Source: a virus
Taxonomy: Duplodnaviria; Caudoviricetes
IMG/VR virus record: IMGVR_UViG_3300027754_000035
DNA: 64,000 bases
Reading direction: 5' to 3' (one strand)
Each line of letters opens with the position of its first letter. Positions within the stretch are counted from its first letter, which is position 1. The notes under the pieces were generated by a model. The model ran no database searches, was not told where the DNA came from, and saw nothing but the letters and a program-made list of their open reading frames with translations. Below are positions 57,601-64,000 of this stretch, piece by piece. The translations under genes were made by a program, and so were the position numbers.

Positions 57601-59338
57601 ACCGAGCGTCACAGCCACACCAAGCACTACAGTCACACCAAGCGTCACAGCCACACCAAGCTTGACACCAACCCCAAGTCCAACTGTGACAGCGGTACCA
57701 AGTTGGGGACCAGTGTTCTTTGGTGGGGCCGCTTATGGTGCAAATAGTACATCATTTACTAAATCCTCCGGCACCGAAGGCTGGAACAGCAAAGTTTATT
57801 CCACTGTGGCTTACACAGGTGGAGTATCAATCACAGCACAAGCTACTGGAACCTATACTACGTTTATGTTTGGTCTTAGTGTTGATCCAGCATCAACAGC
57901 ACACGTTGATGAATATGCTAATATTGATTATGCTTGGTTCTTGCCCGGAAGCAGTGGTTACAGCGCACGAATTTATGAAAGCGGCATCGACGTTGGCGTT
58001 GACTTCGGCATTTATACATCCAGTACAGTTTTTAATGTTACGTATGATGGTGCTAATGTAAGATATTACAAAGATGGTGTATTAGCTAGAACTGTGCTAC
58101 GTGACGATCTAAGGTCAACACCACTGTATTTCATATTCACGCCTTATCATATCAATACAAGCATTGCATTAACAGATGTGGCATTTGTTTCAGTACCAAG
58201 TGTGACACCAACACCAACAGTTACACCTAGTGTGACTGCAACTCCAAGCTTGACACCAACAGTTACTCCAAGCTCAACAGCAACTCCAAGCTTGACACCA
58301 ACAGCATCAGTCACACCAAGCTTGACGGCCACACCAAGCTTAACAGCAACTCCAAGTGAAACAGCAACTCCAAGCTTGACTGCTACTCCAAGTGAAACAG
58401 CAACTCCAAGTGAAACAGCAACAGCAAGCTTGACTGCTACACCTAGCTTGACTGCAACACCAACAGTATCAGTTACTCCAAGCTTGACACCAACAGCATC
58501 AGTTACACCTAGTGTGACACCAACAAAGACAGTTACACCTAGCTTGACACCAACACCTCCAGCACCAAGTGTGACACCAACAAAGACAGTTACACCTAGC
58601 TTGACACCAACAAAGACTGCAACTCCAACAGTTACACCAACCCCAAGTCCAACTGTGACAGCGGTACCAAGTTGGGGACCAGTGTTCTTTGGTGGTGCTG
58701 CTTATGGTACAAACAGCACATCGTTTGCTAAACCCAGCGGCACCCAGGGCAGCAACAGCAAAGTTTATTCCACGGTGGCTTACACAGGCGGAGCATCAAC
58801 CACAGCACAACTTGCTGGCGTACTCGGCGCGGCCTTTGGTCTTAGTGTCAATCCAGCATCAACAGCACACGTTAACCTTGAATATGCTAATATGGATTAT
58901 GGTTGGTACTGCAACGGCACCTACGCGGGCGGGATGTTGATGATGGAAAGTGGCAACAACCAAGGTGGCGTTACTTGGACAGCCGGCGCTGTTTTTAACA
59001 TTACTTATGATGGTGCCAACGTAAGATACTACAAAGACGGTGTATTACAAAGAACTGTGCTACGTACCGATCTACGCTCAACACCATTGTATTTCATGTG
59101 TACTTCATATGGAGTTGACGCAACCAATTTACAAACGGATGTGGCATTTGTATCGATACCAAGTGTGACACCAACTCCAACAGTTACTCCAAGCATCACG
59201 GCAACACCTAGTGTGACACCAACAAAGACAGCCACACCTAGTGTGACACCAACAAAGACAGCTACTCCAAGCTTGACACCAACAGTCACTCCAAGCTTGA
59301 CACCAACACCAAGTGTGACGCCAACACCAGGTATTTGA
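54674..59338 (+). CDS. Mucin-like adhesin: N-terminal anchor plus four ConA/SPRY-like beta-sandwich domains separated by Thr/Pro/Ser stalks
   Basis: Four ~165-aa repeats (WGPVFFGG...GWNSKVYS...FGLS...DYxW...[11 protein letters not shown]...LYF) at about 55919, 56951, 57695 and 58664. Confidence 0.78.
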   Translation: MAKMDYNSLLNKQNFVAWMLSIASDDPNPTIRQAAKEIGYEANGNSIIGPKPYYNALYLKYKFKVAPIQTDNGIQTQLFELVGINYRSVGIIRTPTIIKTFVAPAPTPSSSTPDPSVTPTTSLDVSATPSVTVTPSVTVTPSTTATPNATGSGTPGSSVTPTPSITATPSITATPSSTATPSITATPSLTATPSLTATPSETATPSLTATPSETATPSLTATPSETATASLTATPSLTATPSLTATPSLTATPSLTATPSLTATPSLTATPSETATPSETTTASLTATPSETVTPSLTATPSLTATPSVTATPSVTATPSLTATPSLTATPSETATPSLTATPSETATPSLTATPSLTATPSSTVTPSLTPTPSITATPSITATPSITATPSTTVTPSSTATPSSTVTPSPTVTAVPDWGPVFFGGAAYGTNSTSFVKSSGTEGWNSKVYSTVGYIDGVSVTAQCNTTTNADVMFGLSVDPASTAHVDNEYVNLDYAWCFLGGTLQIFESGENAYSYGAYTASTVLNITYDGTNVKYYKDGTLARTVQRDDLRLTPLYFSTAFHYINTSIALTNVAFVSAPGVTPTPTPSVTATATATPTPSLTATPTVTPTISVTPSVTPSLTATPSVTATISVTPSLTATPSVTATTSVTPSSTATPSSTPDPSLTATPSVTATPSVTATPSVTITPSSTVTPSLTPTVSVTPSLTPTASVTPSLTATASVTPSLTATPSSTPEPSLTATPSLTATPSLTPSPTVTAVPDWGPVFFGGAAYGTNSTSFTKTSGTNGWNSKVYSTLAYTGGASVTAQTNTTAGISMFGLSVDPASTAHVNSEYANIDYGWYLEPAGGDGLYIWESGVYVGSFGAYTVNTILNVIYDGANVRYYKDGVLARTVQRDDLRSTPLYFIATSYYVDATRAITDVTFVSAPSVTPTPTPSVTATATATPTPSVTATPSVTATPSLTPTPSTTATPSTTVTPSVTATPSTTVTPSVTATPSLTPTPSPTVTAVPSWGPVFFGGAAYGANSTSFTKSSGTEGWNSKVYSTVAYTGGVSITAQATGTYTTFMFGLSVDPASTAHVDEYANIDYAWFLPGSSGYSARIYESGIDVGVDFGIYTSSTVFNVTYDGANVRYYKDGVLARTVLRDDLRSTPLYFIFTPYHINTSIALTDVAFVSVPSVTPTPTVTPSVTATPSLTPTVTPSSTATPSLTPTASVTPSLTATPSLTATPSETATPSLTATPSETATPSETATASLTATPSLTATPTVSVTPSLTPTASVTPSVTPTKTVTPSLTPTPPAPSVTPTKTVTPSLTPTKTATPTVTPTPSPTVTAVPSWGPVFFGGAAYGTNSTSFAKPSGTQGSNSKVYSTVAYTGGASTTAQLAGVLGAAFGLSVNPASTAHVNLEYANMDYGWYCNGTYAGGMLMMESGNNQGGVTWTAGAVFNITYDGANVRYYKDGVLQRTVLRTDLRSTPLYFMCTSYGVDATNLQTDVAFVSIPSVTPTPTVTPSITATPSVTPTKTATPSVTPTKTATPSLTPTVTPSLTPTPSVTPTPGI

Positions 59339-59440
59339 TGTTGGGTGATGTGGTGACAACAGATTCTGCGGCAATTCAAACTGTGACCAACAACAATTCA
59401 GTACAACATAAAGTTGAAAAACCGTTCTAATCGTTATAAA

Positions 59441-59725
59441 ATGAAACAACCACGCAAAGTTATATTGCCAAAACTTAAACTTGATCGATGTCCAGATTGC
59501 AAAGTAAAGGCCGGTCAGCAACATAAATTGAATTGTGACATTGAACGGTGTTCGTGTTGTGGTAGCCAATATATTACATGTGGTTGTAAAGATCATGATG
59601 GTGCATTTGCACGTTGGACTGGTTTTTGGCCTGGATATCTTGAGAGTAAAGAGTTGAATTTGGATCTCATTAGTTTCTACACTATGGAGCTACACAAAAT
59701 TGTATTTGTAAAACCCACCAAATAA
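59441..59725 (+). CDS. Cys-rich zinc-binding hypothetical protein
   Basis: CPDC.V..GQ.H..NCDIERC..CG.Q...CGC, RWTG.WPG. Confidence 0.7.
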   Translation: MKQPRKVILPKLKLDRCPDCKVKAGQQHKLNCDIERCSCCGSQYITCGCKDHDGAFARWTGFWPGYLESKELNLDLISFYTMELHKIVFVKPTK

Positions 59726-59736
59726 ACAATATAAAC

Positions 59737-59768
59737 AAAAAAGCCATCGGAACTGTCCGATGGCTTTT
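59737..59768. terminator. Bidirectional rho-independent terminator
   Basis: AAAAGCCATCGGA-ACTG-TCCGATGGCTTTT between convergent genes. Confidence 0.88.
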
Positions 59769-59794
59769 GAATTTGGTGGGTTTGATAATTTATA

Positions 59795-60004
59795 TCACTT
59801 GAAAGGCACAGCCCACTTTTTTGAGTCTACGTTTGACTCTGCTACCTTAGCAATAAAGTTGTCAACCTTTTGTTGACGAGCTTGAGCCTTTTGCTCAACA
59901 GCTTGTTGTGCTGCCTGAACTTGTGCATTACTCATACCCGGATTGTTGGATACGATACCACCGATTGGTTTAAGACTTACGATTCCACCTGCTACGATTG
60001 CCAT
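59795..60004 (-). CDS. Small Ala/Gln-rich protein with strong RBS
   Basis: AAAGGAAA Shine-Dalgarno upstream; GGIVS twice; followed by terminator. Confidence 0.65.
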   Translation of the reverse strand: MAIVAGGIVSLKPIGGIVSNNPGMSNAQVQAAQQAVEQKAQARQQKVDNFIAKVAESNVDSKKWAVPFK

Positions 60005-60069
60005 AATATTTCCTTTGGTTAGTGTTTCTATGTATAACTATCACACAAAGTTTGTAACAATTGTAATTT

Positions 60070-61008
60070 TCATATAAATTCAAAGTTTCGAATCATATGT
60101 GGATTGTAGCGTGGATAATAGTCCGAAACAATTTTCTTGAATGGTTCAAACAAGTTATAATTGTTGATATCAATTTCTTGGTTCATTGCGTCGATATATC
60201 TTATAAACATGTCGTGTGGATCATTATGTAATGTTAGATTCCGCAAATGACCATAGTATCGTGTGCTCATACCACGCAAATGTGCATATTTTACATTTGC
60301 ATGATTGATCACGTAAGTTTTGTTGCTATAAAGATGTGACTGCATTAAAACCCGCTGGTATTGATCATAAACTCTGGTGGTATCAGCTGAAAATACATCT
60401 TTATGGTTATCAACTATACAGTATGGTTGCGATGTTGCATTGGCATACTCACCATTGTTACAGTTTGCGCCAAAATGAATCTGTGGTTTTTCAATTTCTA
60501 AAAAATGAATATCAGGTAGACTCAACAAGTAGTCTTTGCGCCATACCATGAACGATATATCACCACAATCTCGGTGAAATGCGCCATTACTGATAAAATC
60601 GAAATCTTCGTTGAATACACTCTGAATTTTGTCCCACTCAAAAGTTATGTAATCGGTTTCGATTCGTGCCACATAATCCACTTCACAACGATCAACCACG
60701 TATTCAAATGGATACCCATACCCATGCTTGTATGTTCCATCTGTTTGATTGCCTGACCACTTGGTTGTTAATGGTGCGTGATCATTATGAATTGATACCA
60801 CGTTGGCATACCCACGCAAGTCATCACGCAACCATTCACCAAAATCACGGCTATCAGATTCACTGATTCCCAAAGCATGTGGATACGGCGAAACGACCAC
60901 ATCAATTTGATGCATACATTTGCTCAATTTTTCCTTGATCAGCTTTCTGGCTAAAGGAAAATCACAATAATCAATCCACGGAATGCAACAGTGTATACGT
61001 TTGGTCAT
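60070..61008 (-). CDS. Putative GT-A glycosyltransferase (distant paralog of 9013-9909)
   Basis: IHCCIPW, VARIETDY..WDKI, FMVWRKD, YAHLRG. Confidence 0.5.
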   Translation of the reverse strand: MTKRIHCCIPWIDYCDFPLARKLIKEKLSKCMHQIDVVVSPYPHALGISESDSRDFGEWLRDDLRGYANVVSIHNDHAPLTTKWSGNQTDGTYKHGYGYPFEYVVDRCEVDYVARIETDYITFEWDKIQSVFNEDFDFISNGAFHRDCGDISFMVWRKDYLLSLPDIHFLEIEKPQIHFGANCNNGEYANATSQPYCIVDNHKDVFSADTTRVYDQYQRVLMQSHLYSNKTYVINHANVKYAHLRGMSTRYYGHLRNLTLHNDPHDMFIRYIDAMNQEIDINNYNLFEPFKKIVSDYYPRYNPHMIRNFEFI

Positions 61009-61020
61009 CCCAAATACATA

Positions 61021-61239
61021 TTACCCACACGTTTGCAAATCGTTTTCGTTTTTGTCAAAAAAAGTAAACTCGCTGCTAAACATGGAGTATAATTTATCGG
61101 TAAAATACCCATATTTCAAATATTCTTCCAACTTATAGTAGCGTGTTTCATCGTCGCACATACACCGCATACCTATAAATCCATTTTTGATGGTTGTGGG
61201 CGTGTCACAATGTTGACAATGTATTTGAATGTTTTTCAT
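61021..61239 (-). CDS. Small hypothetical protein (CxxC)
   Basis: HCQHC...CMC. Confidence 0.5.
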   Translation of the reverse strand: MKNIQIHCQHCDTPTTIKNGFIGMRCMCDDETRYYKLEEYLKYGYFTDKLYSMFSSEFTFFDKNENDLQTCG

Positions 61240-61265
61240 GCATATTAAAATATCATAGGTTTGTC

Positions 61266-61304
61266 AAAAAACAAGGGCCGTCACAGTATTGTAACAGCCC
61301 TTTT
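61266..61304 (-). terminator. Rho-independent terminator
   Basis: Minus-strand GGGCTGTTACA-ATAC-TGTGACGGCCC followed by TTGTTTTTT, after the phosphoesterase gene. Confidence 0.7.
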
Positions 61305-61324
61305 CACAATTGTAATATTTGGAC

Positions 61325-62071
61325 TTACATATCGCCAATCCACTTGACAGAAACCATGTGATCATTGTTGCTGTCGTGAATAACGTAGTAATTGCAATGG
61401 CTTACATCCAAACACAGATTTTGGCTATAATCATTGCTCAAGGAAGATCCACTGTTGATCCAACGAGGTTTTGTCTGAGGAGTATGACCAAAAATTTGGT
61501 TAACACCTGTAACCGGCTTAAACTCGGTGGCATCACACCAATTAATGCCACCACGCAATTCATCGCCACCACGGCTTCTTCCAGCACGTAGAATAGGCAA
61601 AGCTGCCTTGGCATCAAATGCGTGTTGCAATGCTTCGGTGCAAGTATTTTTCAACCAAGACTTGAACTCGGTATCTTTGCCATATTTATCATAGAAATAG
61701 GGATGTACACCAGCATGACTACACAACCAACTACCAACCCAAGTGTAAAGAGGCAACTTTCGCCAGTCAGATTCACTCAACACGGCATTAATAGCATAAT
61801 CTTTTGAGGATTCATAACCACTGCATTTGTAGCTTCTATGGTTGAAAGCATAGTTGGTATCATGATTTCCCATGATATGGATACGATTCTTTTGCTCAAG
61901 ACTAGCAGCAAGCCACTGTGCGGTATCTTTGGCAATGCGCCAATCATCGCCGAAGTCGTCAAAGTAATCGCCTAGAAAAACAATTTGATCGGCAGATTCA
62001 TGCTTGATGATTTTTTCTGCTTTGTCCCATTTGTTATGAATATCCGCAAGGATGAGAGTTCTAACGTTCAT
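61325..62071 (-). CDS. Calcineurin-like metallophosphoesterase
   Basis: ADIHN, FLGDYFD, MGNHD, SHAG, QIFGHT. Confidence 0.92.
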   Translation of the reverse strand: MNVRTLILADIHNKWDKAEKIIKHESADQIVFLGDYFDDFGDDWRIAKDTAQWLAASLEQKNRIHIMGNHDTNYAFNHRSYKCSGYESSKDYAINAVLSESDWRKLPLYTWVGSWLCSHAGVHPYFYDKYGKDTEFKSWLKNTCTEALQHAFDAKAALPILRAGRSRGGDELRGGINWCDATEFKPVTGVNQIFGHTPQTKPRWINSGSSLSNDYSQNLCLDVSHCNYYVIHDSNNDHMVSVKWIGDM

Positions 62072-62077
62072 TCACCT

Positions 62078-62106
62078 AATATACCATGGCAGTGGAAAAA
62101 AGTCAA
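62078..62106 (-). promoter_or_regulatory. sigma70-type promoter (TTGACT-17-TATATT)
   Basis: ATG 62071 lies 6 nt after the -10 box. Confidence 0.7.
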
Positions 62107-62336
62107 CCTTTTTTGATTTTCTTTTTTAGATTACTCCAAGATTGTGTTTCAATTTCTTGTTGTTTCTTGAGATTCTCTTGAAAAGTACCATCTGGATTAC
62201 CACAAAAATCGTCGATGGTTTGTAGTCGCAACTTTTTGGATCTGATGCCCCAATTTATGTCATCAAAATTGGAGTTATAAACTTTTTTATTGACTGGCCT
62301 GGGTTTGCTCCCCTTGCCGTTCTGATGATTGCTCAT
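62103..62336 (-). CDS. Small conserved phage protein
   Basis: GKGSKPRPV.K..Y..NFD.I.W motif. Confidence 0.6.
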   Translation of the reverse strand: MSNHQNGKGSKPRPVNKKVYNSNFDDINWGIRSKKLRLQTIDDFCGNPDGTFQENLKKQQEIETQSWSNLKKKIKKG

Positions 62337-62685
62337 AAATTTTTTGATATCCTTGCTCAATGATTGGGAAAAACTGCTCTTGATGATATAAATCTTGGGC
62401 AATCAGTGTTGCGCTTCTGATAAAGTGGGCATTTTCACACGGTTGTAGCCAAAATCCACCATTTTCATCTTTTTCATAATTGACAAAAATAACATGTAGC
62501 AGTTTTTCCTCCAACGAATCATACAACTCTTTGACGGGGCTGTCAACATAAACTGTGTCTGCCTCACTCCACGCTCCATCGACACGGGGACAAATACACA
62601 ATTTGTATTCTTCATTGATAAGCACTTTGAATACAAAGGCGTTTGGTTTTGGTTTGTCAGTATTATTGATAATTGTTTGGCTCAT
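62287..62685 (-). CDS. Hypothetical protein
   Basis: Packed ORF with ATG start. Confidence 0.55.
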   Translation of the reverse strand: MSQTIINNTDKPKPNAFVFKVLINEEYKLCICPRVDGAWSEADTVYVDSPVKELYDSLEEKLLHVIFVNYEKDENGGFWLQPCENAHFIRSATLIAQDLYHQEQFFPIIEQGYQKIYEQSSERQGEQTQASQ

Positions 62686-62688
62686 AAT

Positions 62689-62877
62689 TTAACAGCAGTG
62701 ACCCTGCTTTTTTATTTCTGGTTGTGGACATCTGACACCTATACCGGGTTTAACCTTATATAGTTCCAGATATAGTTCTTGTGTAAGTTTGTCGATTGTT
62801 TTTACCACCTTTGGTACACCAATACTGGTATCAATCTCGTGTATTTTGCTTAAATAATTTTTAATGATATTATTCAT
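62689..62877 (-). CDS. Small hypothetical protein
   Basis: Start set at MNNIIKNY, overlapping the upstream stop. Confidence 0.45.
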   Translation of the reverse strand: MNNIIKNYLSKIHEIDTSIGVPKVVKTIDKLTQELYLELYKVKPGIGVRCPQPEIKKQGHCC

Positions 62878-64000
62878 CGTCCCAGATTTTGATTTTGCTC
62901 CAACTACTATCTTTGAAGAAAAGATCGGGATCGCCAAAGTGGTCCATTGCTGCCTGCACAACATTACCGTTACCCCAATAATTACCAGTAATGAATCCAT
63001 CTGGCTTTATTTTTGGCAACCAAGTCGCCAACAATCTCCAGTTGTGTTGGTAACTCCGATGTTCATTTATGTAGATCAGATCAATACTGTTGTTTTCAAA
63101 TTGATCAGCAGCTTCCAATGCATCCACATCATCAATCACTTTGACGAACGGATATGGTTCAGTACGTAGTTTGAAATTGTTACGCACATCTTCCAACGCA
63201 ATATTCTTGGGCCAGCTATCATCAATAGCATCAAATTGATCTATCACAAACAGTTCTTCGGGTTGTAGATACTTGGCAATCAATGATGTGGCTTCGCCTT
63301 GATAACAATTGATTTCAACAATACGTTTTACTTTGAAATCACGTTCGTCTTGATTCTTCTTGATGTAATTCAAAAAGTCAATAAAGCCAGTCAAATAGAC
63401 TTTCGCGGGATTGTCCAAACCACTCAAAAACTTGATGTCGTTGTCGGTACCAAAAAATTGTTCTTGCACACCAATACCCAAACGACTGTTTTGAATCATG
63501 CGCAACTTGTTTTTGGCGTTGGCAAGCTTTTTCTTACTGATACGCTTTGCCCAACTATGGTCCTCGAAATGGGCATCTATGTTGCTAACAGTGTCAGTAA
63601 TTGTTTTGACAACCACATCACTACCCCATTCACCACCCGCAATGATTCCACCATCACGCAACTTTGGAAGATACAGATCCAACAACTGTCGTAGTTTGCT
63701 TGCGGAATTGTTGCTGCCCAGATAAATAAAATCAAAACTACCATCATCAAACAAATGTACGGCGTCAATGATATCAACATCGTGAAGATTGACACATGGA
63801 AAATGTTTGGCTCTCAAAAAGAAGTTGTGTTTTACATCGTCCCACTTATGCAAGAAAATTGATTCATCGTTATTTTGAACGTCGAGTGGCTTACGACTTT
63901 CAAAAGACTCAACAGCATGAATGCTATTGGGATTTAGTTTGTGTGCAAATATTGTGGTCAATTCACCTTGGAAACAGTTGAGTTCCAATGCATTTTTTAC
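62870..64000 (-). CDS. Tandem duplicated Methyltransf_24-like protein, 5' partial (frame open to the window edge), motifs degenerate
   Basis: Two copies of E(L/I)NC(F/Y)QGE...F.DxSxD(F/L)IY(L/I)...LPK(L/I)..G.I.G..WG...D.SW. Confidence 0.75.
   Translation of the reverse strand, partial: VKNALELNCFQGELTTIFAHKLNPNSIHAVESFESRKPLDVQNNDESIFLHKWDDVKHNFFLRAKHFPCVNLHDVDIIDAVHLFDDGSFDFIYLGSNNSASKLRQLLDLYLPKLRDGGIIAGGEWGSDVVVKTITDTVSNIDAHFEDHSWAKRISKKKLANAKNKLRMIQNSRLGIGVQEQFFGTDNDIKFLSGLDNPAKVYLTGFIDFLNYIKKNQDERDFKVKRIVEINCYQGEATSLIAKYLQPEELFVIDQFDAIDDSWPKNIALEDVRNNFKLRTEPYPFVKVIDDVDALEAADQFENNSIDLIYINEHRSYQHNWRLLATWLPKIKPDGFITGNYWGNGNVVQAAMDHFGDPDLFFKDSSWSKIKIWDDE

Noticed and set aside
54674-59338. 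A complete DGR locus in this window
   Set aside because: No reverse transcriptase, Avd or non-coding template repeat seen, and loop columns do not fit one A-only template; kept only as a hypothesis in findings
52472-59379. Long minus-strand ORFs of V-T-L-G-V-A-V repeats (e.g. 52895-53926, 54928-55896, 36444-36794)
   Set aside because: Antisense shadows of the Thr/Pro/Ser repeats, which lack stop codons in that frame; no promoter or RBS support
61242-61267. TTGACA upstream of 61239 as a sigma70 promoter
   Set aside because: The best -10 candidate (TAATAT) is only 14 nt away and the site overlaps the terminator tail
62403-62636. Alternative-frame ORF within 62287-62685
   Set aside because: Fully nested in the longer same-strand ORF, which has an ATG start and packs against its neighbours
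1-64000. tRNA, rRNA or tmRNA genes
   Set aside because: No cloverleaf or T-loop context found in the short intergenic gaps; GTTCGA-like strings fall inside CDSs. A tRNAscan/Infernal run would be needed to be certain
1-64000. Stop-codon reassignment
   Set aside because: Known enzymes are full length in code 11, and TAA, TAG and TGA all end tightly packed genes
1-64000. Eukaryotic giant virus (NCLDV) origin
   Set aside because: sigma70 -35/-10 promoters, rho-independent terminators, ATGA coupling, muramidase, tail collar and bacterial-type RmlA/Glf/IscU point to a bacteriophage

Overview
This window is an AT-rich, gene-dense segment of a large bacteriophage genome. Phage evidence: T4 gp44/RFC-type clamp loader, SF2 helicase, dCMP deaminase, lysozyme, tail-collar protein, HNH/GIY-YIG nucleases, sigma70-type promoters and a recurring late-promoter-like motif. 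The standard genetic code fits throughout. Roughly half of the window is glycan machinery: about 20 glycosyltransferase-like ORFs, six intact-looking and several degenerate SAM methyltransferases, a LicD-cytidylyltransferase fusion, a beta-propeller hydrolase/phosphorylase-like protein, and nucleotide-sugar enzymes (RmlA, RmlB, an NRS/ER-type epimerase-reductase, Gmd, Glf, plus PPase). The window also encodes three mucin-like Thr/Pro/Ser-stalk proteins that look structural. Two share an N-terminal anchor domain, and one carries four lectin-like domains whose hypervariable loops have an anomalous C-ending codon bias. The most coherent reading (inference) is a phage-encoded virion O-glycosylation or glycan-shield system coupled to modular, diversifying adhesin stalks. 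No tRNA, rRNA, CRISPR array, reverse transcriptase or intron was seen. Family names come from motif recognition, not database searches.
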